Of a stretch of DNA of 64,000 nt, positions 37,340 to 45,475 are shown piece after piece. A program made the position numbers and the translations under genes. Location: assembly GCA_021107855.1 (NCBI GenBank), contig JAIORZ010000002.1:245425-309424 (forward strand). Reading direction: 5' to 3'. Under the pieces are notes generated by a model that was not told the DNA's origin, made no database searches, and was given only the letters and a program-made list of their open reading frames with translations. The number at the start of each line of letters is the position of its first letter. The stretch's first letter is position 1. Source of the stretch: an archaeon. Its GTDB lineage: Archaea; Nanobdellota; Nanobdellia; Pacearchaeales; GW2011-AR1.

Positions 37340-37978
37340 ATGATTAAGATAATTAGGAATTTTGCTAGGAGAATTTTTGCAGGTGTATTTAAGAAAAAGG
37401 GTGAAATTAAACTCGGTTTTTATGGTTCTCCAAATGCGGGGAAAACTAGTTTAGCGAATAGAATTTGTCAAGATTGGTTAGGTGAAGATTTAGGCTCGGT
37501 CAGTCGAATGCCACATGAAACACGGGAAATTCAAATTAAGGAAAAAGTTATTTTAGAAAGGGACGGAAAGAAAATTGAATTTAAATTAATTGATACGCCC
37601 GGTGTTGCGACGAGGATTGATTTTGAGGATTTTATGAAGTTTGGGCTGAAGAGGAAAGCAGCACAAGAGAGAGCTAAAGAAGCTACCCAGGGAATTATTG
37701 CTTCGATTAAATGGTTAGATGATATGGACGCCGTAATCGTTTTAATTGACTCGACGATAAACCCGTATTCCCAAGTTAATATTACAATTCTTGGAAATTT
37801 GGCCGCCCGAAACATTCCCGTGTTAGTTGTTGCGAATAAGATAGATTTAAAAAAATCAGATATTAAGAAGGTTAGAGGTGCTTTCCCAGAATATGATGTT
37901 GTTGGGATTTCAGCGAAGAACGGAGATAATATGGAAGAGTTTTATGAGGAGCTTTTCAAGTTAGTAAAAAAAGTATAA
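37340..37978 (+). CDS. oapA: Era-like small GTPase (OapA-like)
   Basis: GSPNAGKTS, PHETRE, DTPG, ANKIDL, ISAKNG; first gene of the conserved archaeal GTPase-DUF2073-DUF2072 operon. Confidence 0.85.
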   Translation: MIKIIRNFARRIFAGVFKKKGEIKLGFYGSPNAGKTSLANRICQDWLGEDLGSVSRMPHETREIQIKEKVILERDGKKIEFKLIDTPGVATRIDFEDFMKFGLKRKAAQERAKEATQGIIASIKWLDDMDAVIVLIDSTINPYSQVNITILGNLAARNIPVLVVANKIDLKKSDIKKVRGAFPEYDVVGISAKNGDNMEEFYEELFKLVKKV

Positions 37979-37979
37979 A

Positions 37980-38405
37980 ATGGTTAAAAAAAAGAGCGTG
38001 AAAAGACGTATTAAAAAGCCCAGTAAGAAAGATTTGACTATTCATTTTATGCCGTATTCAGCGATTAGTCACGAGGACGCAATCGGACGAATTAAGAAAA
38101 TCATGGGACTTATTCTAAAAAATAAAATTATCATTTTACAAGGAAAGTTAAAGCCGGATGAAGAAGTTAGGTTGATTGAAAACTCGATGACGTTAATTGG
38201 GAACATCCAAGGATTTCAGGGAATTGAAATCGCGGGACTTAATGGGGAGAATGAGAATCGAAGTTTATTTGAGGGTGTGAGGAGAAATATTGCGAAAATT
38301 CTAATAGGAGAACAGGATGCGATTACGGTGATTGGACCAGCTAGTGTTGTGAAAGAGATGACGAAAGACCCAAAGAAAGTTGAACTTATGCTTGCGAGAA
38401 AGTAA
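37980..38405 (+). CDS. oapB: DUF2073 protein (OapB-like)
   Basis: IIILQGKLKPDEE..LIE.SM..I....F.GIEI, ITVIGPA. Confidence 0.85.
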   Translation: MVKKKSVKRRIKKPSKKDLTIHFMPYSAISHEDAIGRIKKIMGLILKNKIIILQGKLKPDEEVRLIENSMTLIGNIQGFQGIEIAGLNGENENRSLFEGVRRNIAKILIGEQDAITVIGPASVVKEMTKDPKKVELMLARK

Positions 38406-38407
38406 TC

Positions 38408-38415
38408 TTTAAATA
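38408..38415 (+). promoter_or_regulatory. TATA box of paralog copy 1
   Basis: TTTAAATA, ATG at 38437. Confidence 0.7.
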
Positions 38416-38436
38416 GTATATATTGCTGTGTTAAAT

Positions 38437-38910
38437 ATGGTCGAGGTGAGATTCAGGTTAGTAAAAAGAGATTTTTTATGGATGGGATTGATTGTGGTTT
38501 TATTGGGCGTTAGTTTTGCTTATAGCTATGGGACTGGTGACCCTGTTGTTTTTGGACATAGTTTCGGAGAGCTAAGTGATTGCGGAGATAATGAATATTT
38601 ACGAGGAGACGGAGGGTGCGCTAACGCTTCTTATATAGTGGCTGAAGGCGGTGGAGTTGGCGGCGTGAATTGTACCGCCACAACCTGGGTTCCTGCGACT
38701 AGTACCGTTTGTTCTGGTGTTAGTTTTGACCAGTTAAGTAATTGTGGCGATAGCAGGACTGTTACGGGAACCGCAACGTGTTGTCCTTGTGGAACTTGTG
38801 GTAGTTATAGGAGTGTTGACGAATGTGGCTGTACCATTAATTATCAATGCACCACAAACGGTTGGCAGTATATAAGTGGTACGCTTGGCTGTTGTGCTGG
38901 CGGCAATTAG
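38437..38910 (+). CDS. Constant-N/variable-C membrane-anchored protein, copy 1 (start corrected to 38437)
   Basis: MVEVRFRLVKRDFLWMGLIVVLLGV...DPVVFGHS, then a Cys-rich variable tip. Confidence 0.8.
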   Translation: MVEVRFRLVKRDFLWMGLIVVLLGVSFAYSYGTGDPVVFGHSFGELSDCGDNEYLRGDGGCANASYIVAEGGGVGGVNCTATTWVPATSTVCSGVSFDQLSNCGDSRTVTGTATCCPCGTCGSYRSVDECGCTINYQCTTNGWQYISGTLGCCAGGN

Positions 38911-38968
38911 TTATCATTAATTTTATTTTTTCCGTTAGTTTTTTATACATCAAAGTTCTTGTCTCCCC

Positions 38969-39337
38969 ATGCCACACCAATGCGTTCACTGCTCCAAAAT
39001 CATCGAAGTCGGAAGTAGAGAAATTCTTGAAGGATGTGGAGATTGCGGCGGAAAGTTTTTCTTTTATATTAGGGACGAACAGGCACAACGGATGAGGGAG
39101 ATGAAAGAGCAGCCGATTCCAGAGTTTAATACAATTGACAAGAGAAAGGTCGAAGAAGATGTGCGAAGTATTTTGAAGGTTGAGGATGAGGAAAAGCCAG
39201 TAATTTTAGATTTAGAAAGCGTTAAAGTTGTTGGACCCGGGAAATTTGAGTTAGATATTGTTTCTTTAATGAATAGGAAACCAATTGTCTTTAAGGTTAG
39301 CGAAGGGAAGTATTTGATTGATATTGATGAGATGTAA
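38969..39337 (+). CDS. oapC: DUF2072 Zn-ribbon protein (OapC-like)
   Basis: MPHQCVHC...ILEGC.DCGGKFFFY, LDLES..V..PGKFELD...L, EGKY.I. Confidence 0.88.
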   Translation: MPHQCVHCSKIIEVGSREILEGCGDCGGKFFFYIRDEQAQRMREMKEQPIPEFNTIDKRKVEEDVRSILKVEDEEKPVILDLESVKVVGPGKFELDIVSLMNRKPIVFKVSEGKYLIDIDEM

Positions 39338-39340
39338 TGA

Positions 39341-39348
39341 TTTAAATA
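39341..39348 (+). promoter_or_regulatory. TATA box of paralog copy 2
   Basis: TTTAAATA, ATG at 39370. Confidence 0.7.
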
Positions 39349-39369
39349 GTTGTTATTAGTGATGATTAT

Positions 39370-40023
39370 ATGGTCGAGGTGAAGTTCGGAATAAAGAAAA
39401 GAGATTTTTTTTGGATGGGATTGATTGTCATTTTGTTGGGTGTCGGCTTAGGCTATGCTTATGGAACTTCTGACCCTGTTGTTTTTGGACATAGCGTAGA
39501 TGAGTTTGAAATTGATGATGCTTTTTGTAATAGAATAACTGGGGCTGATTGTGGGAATATTAGTGAAGGAAAAGGTATATGGACGCAAAGGTGGACTGGG
39601 TCTGGAGTTGTTCCAAATGAATGGGGGACTGGACTTTATGTGTTAAAAACGTCTTCATATTATGTAACAATGTCTTTGCCACGGACAGATATAGATTCGG
39701 TAAGTCATGATTATTCTGACAGCAATCGTTGTTATTATACTGCGGCTTCACAGCGGTTTAGTTGCGATGGCGCAATTACAGAAGTTTGGGAATGGGTAAG
39801 CAGTGAAGCTCCCGATGCTGGCACTTTAGATTGCACAACTGCAACTTGCTCTACCGGCTGGGCTTGCACAGCGACATGCCCTTCAGGTTATACTATGACC
39901 GGCGGCGGCGGTAACCCAAATACGAATGGAGATTTAATTCTATCACTTCCAAGCGGAAATGGTTGGCAGTGTGGTCTTGCGAGAGGCGGTTCTTGCTATG
40001 CCAGATGCTGTAAGATTAATTAA
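39370..40023 (+). CDS. Constant-N/variable-C membrane-anchored protein, copy 2
   Basis: MVEVKFGIKKRDFFWMGLIVILLGV...DPVVFGHS; tip CPSGYTMTGGGG...PSGNGWQC...ARCCK. Confidence 0.8.
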   Translation: MVEVKFGIKKRDFFWMGLIVILLGVGLGYAYGTSDPVVFGHSVDEFEIDDAFCNRITGADCGNISEGKGIWTQRWTGSGVVPNEWGTGLYVLKTSSYYVTMSLPRTDIDSVSHDYSDSNRCYYTAASQRFSCDGAITEVWEWVSSEAPDAGTLDCTTATCSTGWACTATCPSGYTMTGGGGNPNTNGDLILSLPSGNGWQCGLARGGSCYARCCKIN

Positions 40024-40030
40024 AACAAGA

Positions 40031-40038
40031 TTTAAATA
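40031..40038 (+). promoter_or_regulatory. TATA box of paralog copy 3
   Basis: TTTAAATA, ATG at 40060. Confidence 0.7.
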
Positions 40039-40059
40039 CTAACTATTATTAATAATTAC

Positions 40060-40548
40060 ATGGTTGAGGTGAAATTTCAGTTAGTAAAGAGGGACTTTTT
40101 TTGGATTGGATTGATTGTTGTTTTGCTGGGTGTCAGTTTTGGATATGCTTATAATTCTGGTGTTAGTCCCGATGTCATGGGGCATAGTTTGGAAGAGTTG
40201 AATGTTACTAGTCTTGCTAGTGTAGAATATGTTGAATTGCGTGTAGGTAATTTGCAAACTGATATAGTTGATTTACAAATTCAGTTAAATGATATTAATG
40301 GAACTATAAACGCGCCTTGTCCTGTCCGAACTAATTTCCCTTATGGCACTTGGTATCGTGCTACTTCAAACAACGACCTCACAGGTAACTGTTATGTCAA
40401 TTTGCCCGAAACTGCGCCGGGAGGTTTTGTTAAGTATAATGCTATCACTTCACTCAGTAGCGTATCTGGTTGGGTCGAATTTAGATGTGATGCTGGCGTT
40501 TGGGTGCAGGGCGATTCTTCTTGTCAATATTTGTATATTGGAATTTAA
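40060..40548 (+). CDS. Constant-N/variable-C membrane-anchored protein, copy 3
   Basis: MVEVKFQLVKRDFFWIGLIVVLLGV...PDVMGHS; short coiled coil; tip ...FRCDAGVWVQGDSSC. Confidence 0.8.
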   Translation: MVEVKFQLVKRDFFWIGLIVVLLGVSFGYAYNSGVSPDVMGHSLEELNVTSLASVEYVELRVGNLQTDIVDLQIQLNDINGTINAPCPVRTNFPYGTWYRATSNNDLTGNCYVNLPETAPGGFVKYNAITSLSSVSGWVEFRCDAGVWVQGDSSCQYLYIGI

Positions 40549-40587
40549 CTTAGTAAGTTTAATAAAGTTAGAGTTTGTTTTTTATTT

Positions 40588-41826
40588 ATGGCTATAAAAA
40601 ATATTTTAATGAAAGAATTAGAGATAATCTCAGTCCCTGAATCCAAAGTTTCTAAATTGAAAGGTATCTCCTCTGATTTTATAAAATCTTTGAAGGAAAC
40701 GGGACTAAAAGCGTTCATAGGGGGTAGCTTAGCGAAGGGAACACTCGTTGTGAAAGATAAACAGGACATCGATATTTTTGTTGTGTTTGATTATTCGGAA
40801 GACATTTTAAAATTGGGAGATATTTTGGAAAAAATGAATTTGCCTGGGAAATTGAAGAAGGTACATGGTTCACGGGATTATTTTCATGTTGTTTGTGAGG
40901 ATGTTATTTTAGAAGTTATCCCAGTTGTGAAGAATTCTGACCCTGAATTAGCTGAGAATGTGACTGATGTTTCTTTAAGTCATGTTAGGTATGTTGCAGA
41001 ACAAATTAAAAAACAACCGGAATTAGCAGATGAGATTAAATTGGCGAAAGCATTTTGTCAAGCACAGAAATGTTACGGAGCAGAGGGTTACATTAGGGGA
41101 TTTAGTGGTTATTCGCTTGAAATTTTGGTGATTCATTTTGGAAGTTTTGTTAAGTTTCTAAAGGGCATTTCTAAAGATAGAATAATCGACCCGATGAAAT
41201 ATTTCAAAGGAGAGCGAGAAATTATGAATGAGTTGAATTCAAGTAAGTTGCAAGGTCCGGTTGTTTTGGTTGACCCGACTTATAAATTTAGGAATGTTTG
41301 TGCGGGGTTAGGGTTGGAAACGTTTGGCAGATTTTTGGAAGTTAGTAAGGATTTTTTGAAAGGTCCGAGTTTAGAATTTTTTAAGAAAGAAGAGGTTGAC
41401 GTAGAGGAATTAAAAAAGTTTGCCAAAGGTAAGAAAGCGCGTTTTTTAGAATTAGAATTTTCTACTGATAGGCAAGAAGGTGATATTGCTGGGACGAAGA
41501 TGAGGAAGTTTTTTAGATTTTTTGTGAGTGAACTTAAAAAGAATGGGCAGGAGGTTTTGAGACAAGAATTTGATTATGACGGGAAGAGAAAAATGGCGAA
41601 AGGGTATTTGGTTGTTCTAGAAAAAGCTGAAATTGAAGTTCGGGGACCTTCGGTTGGGCTGAAGGAACAGGCTGAGGAGTTTTGTAAAGCTAAAGGCGAC
41701 AAAGTGTTTAAAAAAAAAGGTTTCTGGTGGTGGGGGAAGGGCGTTTCGGTTGAGAAAGTTTTGGAATTTGTTAAGAGGTTTGAGGGAGAGATGGGGGCGG
41801 GAATTCGAAATATTAATTACCAATAA
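40588..41826 (+). CDS. cca: CCA-adding enzyme (archaeal class I nucleotidyltransferase)
   Basis: GGSLAKGT...DIDIF, DVSLSH, YGAE....GFSGY.LEIL..HFGSF, DPT...RNV; none of the tRNAs here encodes CCA. Confidence 0.92.
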   Translation: MAIKNILMKELEIISVPESKVSKLKGISSDFIKSLKETGLKAFIGGSLAKGTLVVKDKQDIDIFVVFDYSEDILKLGDILEKMNLPGKLKKVHGSRDYFHVVCEDVILEVIPVVKNSDPELAENVTDVSLSHVRYVAEQIKKQPELADEIKLAKAFCQAQKCYGAEGYIRGFSGYSLEILVIHFGSFVKFLKGISKDRIIDPMKYFKGEREIMNELNSSKLQGPVVLVDPTYKFRNVCAGLGLETFGRFLEVSKDFLKGPSLEFFKKEEVDVEELKKFAKGKKARFLELEFSTDRQEGDIAGTKMRKFFRFFVSELKKNGQEVLRQEFDYDGKRKMAKGYLVVLEKAEIEVRGPSVGLKEQAEEFCKAKGDKVFKKKGFWWWGKGVSVEKVLEFVKRFEGEMGAGIRNINYQ

Positions 41827-42119
41827 AAAAGGGTCGGATGATCATGCCGTGTCCATGCTTCAAGAAATTTTTCTAATCTCACATTTTCTAATCCAGTTCC
41901 ACTTCTTAAAGTTACTCCCATATATACATATCCAAATGGGTTTAATCCTCTTCTAATCGTTTGTATTTTTGCAATAGTATCTTCTTTTTTATTTGAGTAC
42001 ACTTCTTTTAATGGGTGAGTAAAAAATAATCTTTTAAATCCGTTATTCTTTAATATTTTTCTAGCCTTATTCCCAAAACAACTTCCACCCGGTCTTGCCT
42101 CATAAGTTTGTCTTTCCAT
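41817..42119 (-). CDS. Hypothetical protein (start corrected to ATG 42119)
   Basis: ORF coupled directly downstream of trmB. Confidence 0.55.
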   Translation of the reverse strand: MERQTYEARPGGSCFGNKARKILKNNGFKRLFFTHPLKEVYSNKKEDTIAKIQTIRRGLNPFGYVYMGVTLRSGTGLENVRLEKFLEAWTRHDHPTLFYW

Positions 42120-42120
42120 T

Positions 42121-42903
42121 TCAATCCCTCCACGCAATCTCAAACATATAAGCCAGAGAACTCGTAAAAAATGGGGAATTTATCCAAACACCATAATCAA
42201 AATCTTCATGAACAGATGTTGGTTTAATTGTAAATATTAATTCGGATTTATCAACAATTACAAACCTCGCATGGATTGGTTTCGACTTGATTTTCACTCC
42301 TAATTTTTTGGATAGCTTTTTCGCTTCACTTTCATCATCCCCAATCATCACCATAATATCAACATTTCGCTTTTTCAGTTTTGCGAATGTGTCCTTGAAC
42401 ATTTTTTGTTTCTTGACCAGTTCAAATGCTGAAGAGCTCAGGTGAATTGTTTTACTTGCTGTATCCATAACGGATTTCATTTGAAGATATAAATTACTTC
42501 GACCTTTAATTGAGGTTGAAAGTTCGTGGTTTTTAATTGGCTCAATCCCGGTTTTGTGGAGTTCCTGGAGTTCTTTATATTCAGATGTATCTTTTAGGGT
42601 AGAAAGCGTATTGATTTTTTCTTCGGCTTCTTGTGTCGTATTATTCTTAAGTTTTTGAATCACAATTCCAGGTTTGACAGCAATGTATTTTACCGGCTTA
42701 CCCAATTTCTGTATTACAAAGCCTCGTTTCTCGAGAGATTCTAAAACATCATATGTCCTTGACCTTGGAACGGATGAAATTTCAGCGATTTCTCCTGCCG
42801 AAGAGATTCCTTTGGACAATAGAGCGAGCCATACTTTTGTTTCATAAATATTCAGATCGAAATATCCTTTCAATTTTTTTATTAGTTCTGGTTTTACTAT
42901 CAT
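42121..42903 (-). CDS. trmB: TrmB-family transcriptional regulator
   Basis: LNIYETKVWLALL..G..SAGEIAE.SSVPRSRTYDVL.SLEKRGFV....GKP.KY.AV.P. Confidence 0.92.
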   Translation of the reverse strand: MIVKPELIKKLKGYFDLNIYETKVWLALLSKGISSAGEIAEISSVPRSRTYDVLESLEKRGFVIQKLGKPVKYIAVKPGIVIQKLKNNTTQEAEEKINTLSTLKDTSEYKELQELHKTGIEPIKNHELSTSIKGRSNLYLQMKSVMDTASKTIHLSSSAFELVKKQKMFKDTFAKLKKRNVDIMVMIGDDESEAKKLSKKLGVKIKSKPIHARFVIVDKSELIFTIKPTSVHEDFDYGVWINSPFFTSSLAYMFEIAWRD

Positions 42904-43139
42904 TTACTTAAACCATCCCTCAGTTTCATCATGACACCCACATATTCTCTCATGAGAGATTCGCTGCCTTTTGATTTTTTATGAGCTTCATCTGACATGT
43001 CCTTTACGTATCTCCAATTTTTTTCTGTATACATCTTTGGGTTGTCATTATAGTATCCCGCTATTGTTTCAAGTGCGTTTAACAGCTTCTTAGCTTCGGG
43101 GATATCTAATGATTTACCGAATAATTTATAGTTTTCCAT
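42900..43139 (-). CDS. Hypothetical protein
   Basis: 79-aa ORF overlapping the trmB start. Confidence 0.6.
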   Translation of the reverse strand: MENYKLFGKSLDIPEAKKLLNALETIAGYYNDNPKMYTEKNWRYVKDMSDEAHKKSKGSESLMREYVGVMMKLRDGLSK

Positions 43140-43250
43140 TTTATTACTACTATGGAATAAAAACTTCTTTTATAAAGTTTTGGGTTATGTTGTCTTTTGA
43201 TAGGAGTTACATTTGGAAAAGTTTAAGTAGTTGAGCGTTTTATAGTTTTT

Positions 43251-43733
43251 ATGAACTGGAACAATGTATTGGTTTTTTTGCTTGGTTTTTTTAGTTGTAC
43301 ACTTTTTGTTTTTAGTATTAATTCTTCTAATCTAGAAATTCCATTTGGGACGGGATTCGTAGTTTCGAATTATCTAGAGAAAGCACCTTCAGATTGGCTC
43401 GGGGAGGAGGATATTTTAATTTTAGATGATAGAGTCATTTTAAAACTAGAAGGAGCGACACTATCGAGCTATATTGATTCAGGAAGCATGAATCCGACCT
43501 TGGATGAAAACGCGAATGGGATTCGGGTCGTTCCGAAGTCTGAAAAAGATATAGAGGTCGGAGATATTATAAGTTATAGATTTGCTGGGATGTTGATTGT
43601 GCATAGAGTTATTGAAAAAGGGGTTGACGACGACGGGGTCTATTTTATTGTAAAGGGTGATAATAATTTAATTGGAGACGGAAAAATTCGATTTGAAGAT
43701 ATTGAGTATGTGACTGTAGCCCTAATATATTAG
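43251..43733 (+). CDS. Second signal peptidase I-like (S26) protein
   Basis: N-terminal TM, DSGSMNPTL, VGDIISY, IVHRV, VKGDNN. Confidence 0.8.
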   Translation: MNWNNVLVFLLGFFSCTLFVFSINSSNLEIPFGTGFVVSNYLEKAPSDWLGEEDILILDDRVILKLEGATLSSYIDSGSMNPTLDENANGIRVVPKSEKDIEVGDIISYRFAGMLIVHRVIEKGVDDDGVYFIVKGDNNLIGDGKIRFEDIEYVTVALIY

Positions 43734-44680
43734 TTAAAAAAGATTTTCCAAATTAGGAGCATAAAAAATATTCCTGTTGTTATGTAGGGCATCGCTGGGT
43801 AAGCTTTTTCTTTTTTGGAGGAAAGGAATATTGCAAGAAGCCCGAGGAATGCTCCTGCGATTATAAAGAGTGCTGGGACTATGGAGAAATAAGCTCGCAT
43901 GAAGACACCGGCTGTGATAATTGGAAAAATAACGTCGCCACCTCCGAGAATTGCAAGACTGACTTTGAATTTCTTATTTTTGATTGACTTTGGAATTTTC
44001 TTATTTTTATATTTTGTTCTTATTTTTTTAATTTGTTTTTTAACTTTGTCCGACGCTGACGGAACCAAAAACCCCCCAAAGATTTTAACTTCTTCCATTT
44101 GAAACTTCGCCATTTTTTGCATAATTCCCGATTTCCAAACTGCCCATGCGTCGTAAATTGAGATTAGGATTAAGAGAGCTATAATGGAAAATGGCGTTAA
44201 GATTGGGACGAAAACTGCAGCAATCCCAGGATAGATTAGAAGCTCAGTCGTGTTATGAAGATATACATTTGGCTTGAAGATTTTTAAAAATGACAGGGGA
44301 ACTGCGATTGCGATTGCAATCATTGAAACATTTGTTAGTATGGAATATTTTAAGAAGGCATTTAGTGAGATTGCGAGGGCTAAAGTGATAACGAAGAAAA
44401 ACCAAAGTCGGATTATCATTTTCCATTTATATTTCATCAAGAGAAAAATCAGGGCAAAGGCGAGGACGAATGCTAAAATGATTGATGAGAAAGATGGAGT
44501 TGGTTCGTCTTCTGGTGTCTGGAGTCCAAATGGGAGGTCACCGGAAGTTAAGATAACTTCTCCCGTTGTTTGATTGATTTCGGAAGTAGGCGAGTAAGCA
44601 TTAACTACAAAGAGTCCGATACCTTGGGTTACCAAGAACATCGTCAAAAGAAGTAGAGTTATTGAGAGTCTGTGTTTCAT
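43730..44680 (-). CDS. Presenilin/SPP-type intramembrane aspartyl protease (PSH)
   Basis: IYDAWAVW, LGGGD, YPAMP; about 9 TM. Confidence 0.92.
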   Translation of the reverse strand: MKHRLSITLLLLTMFLVTQGIGLFVVNAYSPTSEINQTTGEVILTSGDLPFGLQTPEDEPTPSFSSIILAFVLAFALIFLLMKYKWKMIIRLWFFFVITLALAISLNAFLKYSILTNVSMIAIAIAVPLSFLKIFKPNVYLHNTTELLIYPGIAAVFVPILTPFSIIALLILISIYDAWAVWKSGIMQKMAKFQMEEVKIFGGFLVPSASDKVKKQIKKIRTKYKNKKIPKSIKNKKFKVSLAILGGGDVIFPIITAGVFMRAYFSIVPALFIIAGAFLGLLAIFLSSKKEKAYPAMPYITTGIFFMLLIWKIFFN

Positions 44681-44831
44681 AGTTTTTATTTCAAAGGCTG
44701 GTCGGTATATAAGAGTTTTGGGGGACTATATGTCTAATATTTGTTGTAATTACAGAGTAACAAATAATAGTAAAGTTTATAAAGTTCTTTTTTCTGAAAG
44801 ATTTGTAAACTTTAGTAGTAACAAAACAAAA

Positions 44832-45473
44832 ATGGAAAATGAAATCGGTCGACGAGAATTTTTAAAAGGGGTAGCTGTAACTGGCGTATATTTAGGACTG
44901 ACCTCTGTTCCTTTTATTTCCGGGTGTGGAAGGGCTACATTTGATAATATTAAAATAGAGTCTGCAAAGAGCAGGGGATATCGCCACCTCCAACCCTCTC
45001 AGAATCCAATTTATTATCACGTTGATAAATTAAAAATACCTCGTATAATTGTAGACCTCCAAGACCTCATTTCTCTCAAAAAAGGAGGCAAGAAAGGAGG
45101 GAATTTATATCGTTTAAAAAATACTGTAGAGCTTGTTCCTCCTAAAGGAAGTAAAAGAATTTGGACTAGAAAGGGGTTAGAGGAAGTGACAAATGGCATA
45201 TATTACAAGCCCCTTGAAATAATTACTACCATTTCTCCCAAATCTAAAGAGGAAATTATTGCTGGATATGCCCACGAGGGTAGAGACCCCGATCAGTTTG
45301 ATGGCAAGTATTCTAAACTTGAAGCGGAAAGGTTATCTTGGAAGAAGATTTTGCTTGATGTAAAATACTATGAAGAAAGAAAAGAGGGCGGTGACGGCGG
45401 AAACGGCGGAAACGGAGGCAATGGCGGCGGAGTCGGAGGCGGCGGAGGAACCGGAGGTTCCGGCGGAGGTTAA
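44832..45473 (+). CDS. Hypothetical twin-arginine/lipoprotein-like protein with a Gly-rich tail (start corrected to 44832)
   Basis: MENEIGRREFLKG...FISGC; C-terminal GGNGGNGGNGGGVGGGGG. Confidence 0.6.
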   Translation: MENEIGRREFLKGVAVTGVYLGLTSVPFISGCGRATFDNIKIESAKSRGYRHLQPSQNPIYYHVDKLKIPRIIVDLQDLISLKKGGKKGGNLYRLKNTVELVPPKGSKRIWTRKGLEEVTNGIYYKPLEIITTISPKSKEEIIAGYAHEGRDPDQFDGKYSKLEAERLSWKKILLDVKYYEERKEGGDGGNGGNGGNGGGVGGGGGTGGSGGG

Positions 45474-45475
45474 AA

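Noticed and set aside
38437-40548. Diversity-generating retroelement explanation for the variable paralogs
   Set aside because: No reverse transcriptase and no TR/VR pair differing only at adenines; the variable parts are non-homologous rather than point-diversified.
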